A stretch of DNA of 64,000 bases from positions 224,001 through 288,000 of the forward strand of contig CAXXDQ010000008.1 of assembly GCA_963664325.2 (NCBI GenBank), in the 5' to 3' direction. The position numbers were made by a program, and so were the translations under genes. Within the stretch, counting starts at the first letter, position 1, and each line of letters starts with the position of its first letter. Below the pieces are notes generated by a model. The model did no database searches. It was not told the origin of the DNA and saw nothing but the letters and a program-made list of their open reading frames with translations. This stretch comes from Desulfomonilia bacterium. GTDB taxonomy: Bacteria; Desulfobacterota; Desulfomonilia; UBA1062. This document shows positions 16,998 to 26,693 of the stretch, piece after piece.

Positions 16998-18677
16998 ATG
17001 AGAAACGTCAGAGTTATTTTTCTTGTCTTCTTTATAGTCATAATGTCTCAGGTATGCCTTTTTGCCGGAACCTCTCCGGAAAACGGCAATGTGCCCGGCA
17101 CGCCTCCGGTTGAAACAGGCACAACTGTTCAGGGAGATACTGCCGGCCAGTCCGATCCTGCGATCGCCGTGACCCAGTTGGGTAAAGTAAAGGGAAAACT
17201 CTGCGGCGATGTCGTATGCTGGCTGGGGATCAGATATGCTGAGCCGCCTGTCGCTAAGCTCCGCTTCAAGGCGCCGGTCCCGGTAAAGTCCTGGGAGGGT
17301 GTTTATGATGCGACTAAATTCGGGTTCGCCGCACCGCAGCCGCCACCTTCACCGATCGAGTTCACTGGAAAGGGCGAGAAGAAGTCCGAGGACTGCCTGT
17401 TCCTGAACATATGGGCGAAAAAAAGCGCTTCGAAACGACCTGTCATGGTGTGGTATCACGGAGGCGCGTACATGTCTGGCGAAGGTTCGCTCGGTCTCTA
17501 TAACGGCGGACGGCTGGCCAAGGAGGGTGATGTTGTTGTCGTGACAGTGAACTACAGGCTGGGCGCGCTGGGATTCCTGTATTTTTCCGATATGGCGAAA
17601 GCAGCCGGTCTTGCCGGTGATTTTATCGATAATCCCGGAATGCGCGATCAGATTGAGGCGCTCAAATGGATTCATGACAACATCTCCTCGTTCGGCGGAG
17701 ACCCGGGCAATGTGACGATTTTCGGGGAATCTGCGGGAGGTTCCACCATATTCTCACTCTTATGCGCCCCAGCGGCCAAAGGTCTTTTCCACCGGGCCAT
17801 CGCCGAGAGCGGGGCGCCTTCCTGCATATACGGCCGTGAGACCGGAACATTTTATGCGGCCAAATTCCTTGAGTTCCTCGGGATGAAGCCGGAGGAAGTC
17901 GGCAAGCTCAGGGATATGCCTGTAGACCGGTTCGTCAGTGCTACTGAAAAGATCATGGACTGGAACGCGATAAACAGACCCGGGTCAATTTCATTCGGGC
18001 CGACTACCGGGACCGAGACCATGCCGCTCGAACTGTTGAGCGCAGCAGCCACAGGGGCCACCGCCGAAGTCCCCCTGATCATAGGGACCAACCACGACGA
18101 GGCGACGCTGTTTGAAGGGGATGATCCGCCCATCGTTCCCACCACGCCTTTGCTCATCAACAGGATGCTGGATCTTACAAACGCCGATAAGAAGGAACGC
18201 ATCCTTGTAGCATATCCGGGATTTCCATCGAAGGGCAGCGTCATTGAAGCGGCTACGGACGCAATCTTTCTTCAGCCGTCCATCCAGTTCGCCGAAGCCT
18301 ACAGCCGGCATGCGCCGACATGGTTCTACCGTTTCGATTATACCACCCCGCTGCCCCGCCTGCTGGGATTCGATGCAACTCACGGAAGCGAAATAGTTCA
18401 CGTGTTCCACACCTACAATACAATGGCCGGTACTCTCCTGACTTTATGTGCATGTCCGGGAAAAAGGCGGAGCGTAGGAAAAGAGATGCAATCGGGATGG
18501 GTTAATTTTGCAACTTACGGCGATCCCAACGGCTCGGGCCAGGGCGATAAGCTGTGGCCTGCTTATGACACCATACACAGGACGACCCGCATATTCGGAA
18601 CGAAAAATATATCAACCATTGACGATCCCGATAAAGAACGCCGCGAGGCATGGCAGGGGATAATTCTGTATAAATAA
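16998..18677 (+). CDS. secreted type B carboxylesterase/lipase
   Basis: GIRYAEPP..LRF, SEDCLFLNIW, HGGAY, FGESAGG, GTNHDE, HGSE; signal peptide; ATG 16998 follows GGAGG. Confidence 0.93.
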   Translation: MRNVRVIFLVFFIVIMSQVCLFAGTSPENGNVPGTPPVETGTTVQGDTAGQSDPAIAVTQLGKVKGKLCGDVVCWLGIRYAEPPVAKLRFKAPVPVKSWEGVYDATKFGFAAPQPPPSPIEFTGKGEKKSEDCLFLNIWAKKSASKRPVMVWYHGGAYMSGEGSLGLYNGGRLAKEGDVVVVTVNYRLGALGFLYFSDMAKAAGLAGDFIDNPGMRDQIEALKWIHDNISSFGGDPGNVTIFGESAGGSTIFSLLCAPAAKGLFHRAIAESGAPSCIYGRETGTFYAAKFLEFLGMKPEEVGKLRDMPVDRFVSATEKIMDWNAINRPGSISFGPTTGTETMPLELLSAAATGATAEVPLIIGTNHDEATLFEGDDPPIVPTTPLLINRMLDLTNADKKERILVAYPGFPSKGSVIEAATDAIFLQPSIQFAEAYSRHAPTWFYRFDYTTPLPRLLGFDATHGSEIVHVFHTYNTMAGTLLTLCACPGKRRSVGKEMQSGWVNFATYGDPNGSGQGDKLWPAYDTIHRTTRIFGTKNISTIDDPDKERREAWQGIILYK

Positions 18678-18825
18678 TACACCAGTATGGCTGGATGCAC
18701 CCAAGCTTCAGCCTTATTTGCACGCATGTATGGATCGGGAATGAAAAGGCGCCCGTCTGATTTCAGGAAAGATGCTTGAATTAACGACACGCAATGCTTG
18801 AAAGATCAGGCTGAGGGGAGGCGAT

Positions 18826-19995
18826 ATGAAAGATGTCAGGTCATCCGTAACGGTGATTGTCTATTTTATTGCCCTTGCGGGCTTTGTTCTGATCGCGTCC
18901 TATGTAATGTCTAATATATGGGAAAACCAGCCAAAGATATCGATTAATGAAAAGAATATGTCGATCGTCCCCGGCATGACGATCATGGATTTCGGGAAGG
19001 CAAACAATCTTGATGATAAAATCTTGAAGGAACTTTTCGATCTCAAAAACAAATCGGAGCTTGAAACGAGCCTGGATAAATTCGGAACAGAAGAGAGGAT
19101 AAGAGAGCTTGTAAAAAGCCGCGCCGCACTTGCTGAAGAGCATGCTTCAAAAAACTGGGTGAAAATCAGGATAAAGTTCGCGTTCTGGTTAATCTTTCTC
19201 GTAGCCGTATTTCTGTATGCAGAAAAACACAGGATGAATGATCGTATGAGAAAAGTCCTGCTGCTTGCCTCATTGATTATATTCGGCGTTATCCTTGGGT
19301 CTGATCCGGCTCCAATGGGTACGATAAAAGATGCATTCTTTCTGTTAGCCAAAAAGCATGTGATATTTCCACCCCGTATGATAGCGCTGGCCCTTTTCCT
19401 TATAATCGTGCTTATTGCCAACAAATACATCTGTGCATGGGGCTGTCAGGCAGGGACATTGCAGGATCTTGTTTTCAGGATCAATCAGGATGCAAAAGGC
19501 AAAACCGTTCTAGGTAATCAGATCCGCATTCCCTTCGTTGTTTCAAACAGCGTCCGGGCTGTTTTTCTTGCAGCCTTCATTCTTGCAGCCTTTGTATGGG
19601 GAAAGGATATAATAAAACCGATAGATCCTTTCAGCGTATATAATCCTGTTTCCATAGGCATCGCCGGGGGAGTTTTCATAGCAGCGCTTCTTATATCGAG
19701 CCTGTTCGTTTACAGGCCCTGGTGCCATTTGTTCTGTCCGTTCGGGTTACTTGGATGGATTCTCGAAAAGGCGAGCATTTTCAAAATAAGCGTTAATTAC
19801 GATACATGCATAGCCTGCGAAAAATGCGCCAGGTCATGCCCTTCGACCGTCATGAACGCCATATTGAAGAGGGAGCAAAAAACCATTCCAGACTGTTTCG
19901 CCTGCTATTCATGCAGAGACGCCTGCCCCACAAAATCTATAATCTTCGGCAAGCGCAAGCGCCGTCTTCCTCCCGAAGGACATTTTAAAAAATGA
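18826..19995 (+). CDS. membrane 4Fe-4S binding protein (NapH/NosR/RdxA-like)
   Basis: Several TM helices; CAWGCQ and CHLFCP; two CxxCxxCxxxCP ferredoxin motifs. Confidence 0.88.
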   Translation: MKDVRSSVTVIVYFIALAGFVLIASYVMSNIWENQPKISINEKNMSIVPGMTIMDFGKANNLDDKILKELFDLKNKSELETSLDKFGTEERIRELVKSRAALAEEHASKNWVKIRIKFAFWLIFLVAVFLYAEKHRMNDRMRKVLLLASLIIFGVILGSDPAPMGTIKDAFFLLAKKHVIFPPRMIALALFLIIVLIANKYICAWGCQAGTLQDLVFRINQDAKGKTVLGNQIRIPFVVSNSVRAVFLAAFILAAFVWGKDIIKPIDPFSVYNPVSIGIAGGVFIAALLISSLFVYRPWCHLFCPFGLLGWILEKASIFKISVNYDTCIACEKCARSCPSTVMNAILKREQKTIPDCFACYSCRDACPTKSIIFGKRKRRLPPEGHFKK

Positions 19996-20247
19996 AAGCG
20001 GCTTCGAATAACGTGACGGCTGCTTGAACATATAAAATTATTGTTTTTAACCCGGTGGCATCCGGTTTTAAACCTTGAAAAAAACCGAACGGCCCGGCCA
20101 GGTTGATATTGTCTGGCTAGCATGGGAAACTGCTCACCGGATGACCCGTATATTCGGAACGAATTAAAGAACAACCATTGAAAATCCTGATGATATACGC
20201 AGTGAGGTGTGGGAAGGGGTGATGCTGTATAAATAAAATATTGAAGA

Positions 20248-20304
20248 CCTGGCATGCTGAAACGATATCACATTCACACGATTTTCATCTCAGGCATGCC
20301 CAGG
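20248..20304. other. long hairpin with two bulged bases between convergent genes
   Basis: CCTGGCATGCTGA / TCAgGCATGcCCAGG. Confidence 0.45.
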
Positions 20305-20414
20305 AAGGTTTTTGGCAACAAGCCTTGATTGAAGGCAAACAGCCAGATTGCTCACTATAAGGGCCTGACGTTTCAGGTTCCTAATATCTGATAACCTATG
20401 CCGCGATCAGCTCC

Positions 20415-21512
20415 TTAATTATAAATACACAACTGCTCGTCTAAACACACCGCCTTGGCCTCCGGGTATCTCGGATCATTAGAACGCATCGGCCAGAATG
20501 CGCAGTTCGAACAAGCAATTGCCGGATTGACAGCTGATCCATCACTCCAGTTTCCCATAAAGGTCTGTTCAGGGGTATTACCATACCAGTACCTGCGATC
20601 TGTGCCATAGAAGGTGTCATTAGCAATGGCTACGCACCATTTATATGACCCGTAATAATCAAGGGCATTGATCTTATCTCTGCTGCCGCCGCCGGCAACC
20701 CATCGATGAACCGCTTTCAGGTCATTCGAATCAGGTGTCCCATTATAATCGGAATAAAGGCCTATCCATTGTCTTCTTGATTCCGGGATTTGAGTTATTT
20801 GGCTCCAATATCTGGAAGATGTATTCCATGTGGTATTCAATTTGGCATCTTCCTCAGCCATAATCATGAGAATGTTAGTATCGCTGGGAATATTATTGGC
20901 GTCATTCATAGGCGTCACTTCTTCTCCGAATATATCTCCTCCATTGTTAGCCTCTATTGCCATGACAAACTGGGGCTGAGGTACATAGTCGGCTGGATAA
21001 TTTGCCGCAGCAATATTGATGGCCGTAACTCCGCCGACGGACCAGCCTATAAGACCGAACTTGAGTGTCCCATCCGGATTGGTGGCAGGCTGGATGCATG
21101 TGCTGTCAGCTTTAATGTGATTTAAACCATCATTGATGTTTTTGGCTGCATTAGACTCAAAATTTGAAGGCAGAACCCCCAGAATTTCGTAATTGCAATA
21201 GATCACTATATATCCTTTCTTTACGATATGGACCACCAGAGCCTCGTTGGCTGACAGTCCGTTATCAGCTTCATATCCATGCAGATACGCTATTACCGGA
21301 AGGCTGGACGGCAGGGCGCCGCCGGCAGGCTGATATATATAGCTATTGCCGGCATTTGTACTGGGGTAAGGAATTCTGGTGTAGGAAGAATAGAGGTAAT
21401 CGCTGCCGCCAGGGCCGCTTGAAGGCTGCTCTGGCGGTTTAATACAGGAAGCGCAAACAAAGGACAATGCCAAAAGAAAACAAACGATAGTGATGTTCCG
21501 TGATCTTTTCAT
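20415..21512 (-). CDS. alpha/beta hydrolase lipoprotein (chlorophyllase/esterase-like)
   Basis: YLHGY, GWSVGG nucleophile elbow, lipobox-like CASC; ATG 21512 follows GAGGAGG. Confidence 0.78.
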   Translation of the reverse strand: MKRSRNITIVCFLLALSFVCASCIKPPEQPSSGPGGSDYLYSSYTRIPYPSTNAGNSYIYQPAGGALPSSLPVIAYLHGYEADNGLSANEALVVHIVKKGYIVIYCNYEILGVLPSNFESNAAKNINDGLNHIKADSTCIQPATNPDGTLKFGLIGWSVGGVTAINIAAANYPADYVPQPQFVMAIEANNGGDIFGEEVTPMNDANNIPSDTNILMIMAEEDAKLNTTWNTSSRYWSQITQIPESRRQWIGLYSDYNGTPDSNDLKAVHRWVAGGGSRDKINALDYYGSYKWCVAIANDTFYGTDRRYWYGNTPEQTFMGNWSDGSAVNPAIACSNCAFWPMRSNDPRYPEAKAVCLDEQLCIYN

Positions 21513-21835
21513 ACATAACCTCCTCATGGAATTGTATTGCATATTTTGCAGCATTCAGTTCAGCAACCATGCTGCATGATGATGTTATATCTCATAAATA
21601 AATAGATGCCAAGTGTATTTCAGCAACATGATACGGGATTTGATTTTTCCGGAACTTGCCCGGAATGCATGATTGGAAAAACACTCACTCTAAATTAAGA
21701 TATTTCAAAACAGGTTAATAACTATTATCAAATATTTGCGTATGCCGACATAAATAGTATGCTGACAGCATACGGACAACATGACGCATCAAGGTCAGCC
21801 AATAAATTATCATCAATTCAGACATGGAGAACTCT

Positions 21836-22945
21836 ATGAATAAACTGCTATGGACCGTAACACTTTCCTTGATATTATTTTTGCAGGCTTGCAGCAATAG
21901 CAGCAGTAACAACTCCGGCAGTATTGAAGCGGTTTTCAGTGATGTCCCTTTCCAGACGGAAAAGTATCTGAGAATCGGATACACGCTGAAGACCTGGGAG
22001 TATGAGAAAGAAGGACTGGAGCTCCAGAAAATTACGGTGTTCGACTGCTATTCCAAAGAACCTCTGTTTGTAATCGAGAAGGCTGACCTGCCCCTGATTT
22101 ATAAGGACCCTCTGCCCGCAAACCCGTTTGTTACATTCGATAAGCTGACGGGCTATTACCTCTCGATCCAGCTGCCGATCCCGCTGGGGCAGACACCGCC
22201 CCGGGAAGTAATACACTCGTTTACCTTCAAAAATACGGAGAACGGGGAAGAGCTCTCAATCTGGGGCGGCTCATTCAAACCCCGGCTTGATGAAACGCCG
22301 CTGGTGATTGCTTCTCCCATTAAAGGGAACAGGCTCATATTCGAAAACCAGTCCAAGCTTGGCTATCATTTCAACAACATGGTATTTCTTGAAGGCGGAA
22401 TTTTCACATCGGAGCGGTTTGCTTTCGACTCGATACAGATGAATGACGAATTCACCAATGATTGTGAAGGCGATCCTGCCGTAAACACGAGCTATTTCAA
22501 CTACGACACGCCTCTTTTGGCGGTTGCCGGCGGAACGGTCGTTTTCGTGCAGGACGGGCTCCCTGAAAACCATGGCGATTTAAAGGATGTTGTCCTTCAC
22601 TCCCTGCTTGATTATGGCGGGAACTTTGTGGTGCTGGATATAGGCGGAGGCCATTATGCATTTTACTGCCACTGCATTCCGGGCTCGATAAAGGTGAACG
22701 CGGGCGATACGGTATATGAAGGCGATGAGATTGCAAGACTCGGAAATTCCGGAAATTCAACAGGGCCGCATCTGCACTTCCAGATAACCGACGGGCCGGA
22801 TGTATTCCTAAGCCACGGCGTTCCATTCGTGCTCAAGGAATATACAAAGATCGGGGATGTAACCGGCGGCGTGCCATCTTTCCAGACCCCGGAACGTATA
22901 GCCAATTCGATGATGGAGGAATTTACGGTTTTCAATGTGGAATAA
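21836..22945 (+). CDS. M23 family metallopeptidase lipoprotein
   Basis: Lipobox LQAC; AVAGGTV, GN.V, YCH, GNSGNSTGPHLHFQ; ATG 21836 follows GGAG. Confidence 0.88.
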   Translation: MNKLLWTVTLSLILFLQACSNSSSNNSGSIEAVFSDVPFQTEKYLRIGYTLKTWEYEKEGLELQKITVFDCYSKEPLFVIEKADLPLIYKDPLPANPFVTFDKLTGYYLSIQLPIPLGQTPPREVIHSFTFKNTENGEELSIWGGSFKPRLDETPLVIASPIKGNRLIFENQSKLGYHFNNMVFLEGGIFTSERFAFDSIQMNDEFTNDCEGDPAVNTSYFNYDTPLLAVAGGTVVFVQDGLPENHGDLKDVVLHSLLDYGGNFVVLDIGGGHYAFYCHCIPGSIKVNAGDTVYEGDEIARLGNSGNSTGPHLHFQITDGPDVFLSHGVPFVLKEYTKIGDVTGGVPSFQTPERIANSMMEEFTVFNVE

Positions 22946-22980
22946 CGAAGAAGAGCACAAATGAGTCAGGAACAAGACCA

Positions 22981-23035
22981 GGGATGTTGATAACCAAGAA
23001 CTCAAAATAACAAATTATATGGTTGCCAGCATCCC
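22981..23035. other. long-stem hairpin between convergent genes
   Basis: GGGATGTTGATAACCA / TGGTTGCCAGCATCCC 16-bp stem (G-U pairs, one mismatch), A-rich loop. Confidence 0.55.
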
Positions 23036-23088
23036 GGACAGGTATACAAATTTATTAACCCGTCAGCTTATCGGCTGATCAGCATGTT

Positions 23089-24027
23089 TCATTCCCCGCC
23101 GCCTGGAATCTTTAATGTGCGGTTGAAGAATCCCAGCACCCGTCTTTCCGCCTCACTGCGGCACTGGTTCCACTCTTCGACATGCTCTGTGCACGGTGCA
23201 ATCCACATCTCCTTAGGCTCTTTTGCCGCAGCGAACAAACGCTGCCCGTGGGACAGTTCGACATATTTATCGCCTTTGCAATGCATGATGAACAACGGGC
23301 GTGGAGAAATTTTGCCGATATGATCGATCGCCGAGCATCGATAAAAGCTGGTCCCGGCCCTCAACCCCGCGATCCATACCACCAAGGGTATCAGAGGATA
23401 GCGGGGGATGTGGTAATCGCGGCGGGCCACATCGGCGATCTCATCCTCGATGCCGGCAAACGCACTGTTGAATACGCCTGCATTAATGCGCTTGTCTTCA
23501 GCCATAGCCAGGATGGAGCTCGCCGACCCCATTGAAAAGCCAAGCACTCCTATGGCCTTCTGTCCTTTCATATTTGCTGCAAAATCCACAGCACCGATAA
23601 TGTCGTTCTTTTCAAGGCAGCCCATTGTCGCGAAGTGCTCTCCTGTCTCGCCTTCTCCGGGATTGCCGAGGTTGCGCCGAAGGTTGAATGCTATGACGTT
23701 GTACCCGGCCTTATGTAAAACGGGCGAATATTTCATTCCCTCATGCAGCGTGGCTCCGTGGCCATGTACCAGGATGATGACCTTGCGGGAATTGTCCGCA
23801 GGCATATACCATCCGTTCAAGGTAAGCCCGTCCGAGGTAGGAAATGTAATGTTCTCAAAGGCAAGCCCCCAGACTGAAGGGTCTCCATTTTTTACATAGA
23901 TGGGGTCCCATGCGACTTCAGGAAAAAGTATTGCCGAAGAAAAATACCATGCAGCCCCAAAAGCTGATGCCATCACAATCACGACGGCTGCAAGAATTCC
24001 TGCCCATATCTTCTTTTGCTTTGTCAT
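23089..24027 (-). CDS. membrane-anchored alpha/beta hydrolase (YqkD/ABHD-like)
   Basis: N-terminal TM; DGLTLNGW, VHGHG, GFSMG, D and H of the catalytic triad (DKYV, EHVE). Confidence 0.88.
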   Translation of the reverse strand: MTKQKKIWAGILAAVVIVMASAFGAAWYFSSAILFPEVAWDPIYVKNGDPSVWGLAFENITFPTSDGLTLNGWYMPADNSRKVIILVHGHGATLHEGMKYSPVLHKAGYNVIAFNLRRNLGNPGEGETGEHFATMGCLEKNDIIGAVDFAANMKGQKAIGVLGFSMGSASSILAMAEDKRINAGVFNSAFAGIEDEIADVARRDYHIPRYPLIPLVVWIAGLRAGTSFYRCSAIDHIGKISPRPLFIMHCKGDKYVELSHGQRLFAAAKEPKEMWIAPCTEHVEEWNQCRSEAERRVLGFFNRTLKIPGGGE

Positions 24028-24265
24028 TTCATTCTCCTTTCATTGAAAAAATCACATCACGGTCCGGTATGGTTCCGGCGTTACATTCATCAGAAGCATA
24101 AAAATTATTTTAATCGAACTGTTGACAAATGTCCCTCTCGATTTTCGTTTTGTTTGAATAAACTCCGGCTATGTCACAGGCACGCATATTATGTCTGGGC
24201 CTGCAGTTCAGGTTTATGCGGCGACTCATCCGGTAAGTGCAAAGAGTCGAGAGATTAGACGGTTT

Positions 24266-24398
24266 TATTCCGATTTATATTCAAGATGATGTTTCTTCGT
24301 CTGCGGCTTGAGGAGCGAAGCAGGATGCTCGTGATCCCAATTTCGAGCCGCATTCCGACACAGAGGACAACGACAGCGCTTGAATAGGAATCGGAATA
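24266..24398. mobile_element. MITE/REP-like palindromic element, 133 bp
   Basis: 20-bp terminal inverted repeats TATTCCGATTTATATTCAAG / CTTGAATAGGAATCGGAATA (18/20); internal stem TGCGGCTTGA/TCGAGCCGCA; TA at both ends. Confidence 0.55.
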
Positions 24399-24399
24399 T

Positions 24400-26508
24400 C
24401 TATGAGGCGGTTATTGACATCGTATATTCGCTGTCGTCAGATGGTGACGGCGTGATCGCCAGATAATATGTGCCGGTAATGCTTTCCCAGTCAAGAAATC
24501 CCTGTCCTACAGCGATGGGCGCCTTCAGAGTCGAATCAAAGAGGACTAGCGTATACTGCGGGTCAGTCCCCGATGTCGTTACGCTGATATCCTGTCCGGG
24601 GGTAGTGATCGCCAGTTTATACCAGTCTGTCTGATGAAAATTGACGCTGCCGATTATAACGTCTCCTATGTTTATGTCAGGGACGAGGTCAATGTCGTAG
24701 CCTGAATAGCCGCCCATGGTCACTCTTTCACCGCCCGTTACCGGCTCGACCCTCACGCAACTGTCGCCGCGGTTGTTTATGCCCGAGACATACGCGAGAT
24801 CATCACCGGTAGAATCAGGCGTAAGAACGTTCTGCACCCCGTATTTGCCGCCCAGGAGAAAACCGTCCTTTGTCGAGAATGACAGTGAGGCCTCACCCCA
24901 TCCTATGTCGTTGAAGCCGAAGTTATCGATGATGTAGGTCTTTCCGAGCCTTGCCGTCCATGCGGGGGTTATCGACGGCGTGACCTTCTGTCCCATTATG
25001 AAAAAGGCGTAGCCGCCGCAGGCGAGTTCCTCCATCTCGGAGCCGCTGCTGCCGACCTGTATGATTACGAAGAAGTTGTTTCCGCCCCAGGATATGTTCC
25101 TGAAAGCGTATTTTTGAGTGCAGCCGGAGCAGACATACATTGACCCGTCATAGCTGAGCGTAAGGTTTCTGGGCGAGGATGCATTGGCGTTAAGGCTCAG
25201 TGTGAGTGTGTCATCGCCGTTGTTAATGACCTTATGGTATTTGGCATTCCCCACGTATATGCCTGTGATCTGTGCGGCATCATGTATTGACTGGATGACG
25301 GGAAGTGCCGGCATGCTCTGATGAAGTCCGTATTTATCAATGAGCGCGTTCTTGAGGCATTCGCGGGCGATCGCGTATTTGATATTTCCGGCCGTATCCG
25401 AATTGCAGAGCACAACGACGCCCAGCTTTTTATCAGGCAGAAGCTCGATGACCGATTCAAAATTCGTCGTGCTGCCGTCCTTTATCCAGGCGCGCCCGGC
25501 ATAGCTCATTGCATAGTCGTTGGTTATGTCGAAACCGGGGCCGGGGTTGAAGTATGAAAAGATATCGAGCTGGGATTTTTCCTCATGGCCCATGAGGGCT
25601 ACGGTCGCGGGGGCGAGTATGCGTGTCCCGTTGGGATGAAGGCCGTCGCCCAGGAGCATCATGATGAACTGCGACATGTCGATAACCGTGCTGTATGCGC
25701 CGCCTGTCGCTGTCAGGTTAGCTTCCATCCCCGGCGCAGGCTGACCGTTCACATAACCCATTGCCGCGTTATCCGTTATCTTCCTGAAGGAGCTGTGATT
25801 CATGCCGAGCGGGGCGAGCAGGTTTTCCTGCATATAAGATGTGAATGTATCAGCGCCGCCTGTCCTGCGCACTATCTCGCCCGCGAGCACGAAGCCCGTG
25901 TTGCAGTATGATGCAATCTGGCCGGGCGCATAGTTGGGGTAGTCGTCCCTCAGGTATGAATAGAGCCAGTTGATATAAAGGCCGGTATCCCAGCCGTCCC
26001 ACATCTCCTCAACAAAGCCTGCATTCCAGATGTCTCCGGGGATGCCGGAGTGGTGGTTGAGAAGGCGCCTTGCGGTTATGCCCTGCATCTGGTTGGGAAA
26101 CCGAGAAGCCATATCGAATTCAGGCAGGTAGCCCGTTACGGGCGCATCAAGCTCCACCAGCCCCTGGTCGTAGAGATTGAGCAGGGACGCCGTGGTAAGC
26201 GTCTTTGAGACAGAGCCTATCATGAATACTGTATCGGCCGTAGCAGGCGTCTTCAGCTCCTTGTCGGCCCAGCCGAAGCCTTCGGACCAGATAATCCTGT
26301 CGTTGTCCACCAGCGCTATGCTCAGGCCGACGAGGTTATACTCCCTGATGGCGCTGTTTATGTATGCGGATGTGTTTTTAATTGTGGCCGTGTAATCCGC
26401 TCCCGTATTCGAGGATGAGGAAGAAGATGATGAACACCCGCCTGCAAAGAAAAGAACATATATGGATAAAAGCAGCATAAAAGATTTTTTATTTGATAAA
26501 TTCTTCAT
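24400..26508 (-). CDS. beta-lactamase-family (class C-like) serine hydrolase lipoprotein with C-terminal extra domains
   Basis: Lipobox AGGC plus Ser tract; GSVSK (SxxK), LLNHHSGI, YCN (YxN), KDG; PPC-like C-terminus (DWYKL...GTYYL). Confidence 0.88.
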   Translation of the reverse strand: MKNLSNKKSFMLLLSIYVLFFAGGCSSSSSSSSNTGADYTATIKNTSAYINSAIREYNLVGLSIALVDNDRIIWSEGFGWADKELKTPATADTVFMIGSVSKTLTTASLLNLYDQGLVELDAPVTGYLPEFDMASRFPNQMQGITARRLLNHHSGIPGDIWNAGFVEEMWDGWDTGLYINWLYSYLRDDYPNYAPGQIASYCNTGFVLAGEIVRRTGGADTFTSYMQENLLAPLGMNHSSFRKITDNAAMGYVNGQPAPGMEANLTATGGAYSTVIDMSQFIMMLLGDGLHPNGTRILAPATVALMGHEEKSQLDIFSYFNPGPGFDITNDYAMSYAGRAWIKDGSTTNFESVIELLPDKKLGVVVLCNSDTAGNIKYAIARECLKNALIDKYGLHQSMPALPVIQSIHDAAQITGIYVGNAKYHKVINNGDDTLTLSLNANASSPRNLTLSYDGSMYVCSGCTQKYAFRNISWGGNNFFVIIQVGSSGSEMEELACGGYAFFIMGQKVTPSITPAWTARLGKTYIIDNFGFNDIGWGEASLSFSTKDGFLLGGKYGVQNVLTPDSTGDDLAYVSGINNRGDSCVRVEPVTGGERVTMGGYSGYDIDLVPDINIGDVIIGSVNFHQTDWYKLAITTPGQDISVTTSGTDPQYTLVLFDSTLKAPIAVGQGFLDWESITGTYYLAITPSPSDDSEYTMSITAS

Positions 26509-26522
26509 GGCTTTCCTTTCGG

Positions 26523-26537
26523 GTATAAACTTTATAC
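26523..26537. promoter_or_regulatory. perfect palindrome, candidate operator between the divergent hydrolase and emrAB-like genes
   Basis: GTATAAA-C-TTTATAC. Confidence 0.35.
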
Positions 26538-26693
26538 AGCCTGTTCATAATACATTTCGGCATTTTACCGGGAATGATTAAGATATTGCCTAAGGTAGCC
26601 AAATTATTTATAAAGTGCTGATGTATGGAAAACCTTGTTCATATCAGGAATGAAATAGGGTAAGGGTTGCTAATCAAATTTGAGGTAAATGAA

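Noticed and set aside
20248-20304. Integron attC site
   Set aside because: It has bulged bases but lacks the RYYYAAC/GTTRRRY boxes; flanking genes are convergent and there is no intI.
20332-20384. c-di-GMP-I riboswitch (GGCAAAC, CAGCCAG, GGGCCT words)
   Set aside because: The elements are in the wrong order, there is no GAAA/GACGCAAA core, and it lies downstream of both flanking genes.
24400-26508. Antibiotic-resistance beta-lactamase
   Set aside because: A 702-aa multidomain lipoprotein of the broad serine hydrolase family; the motifs do not establish beta-lactam hydrolysis.
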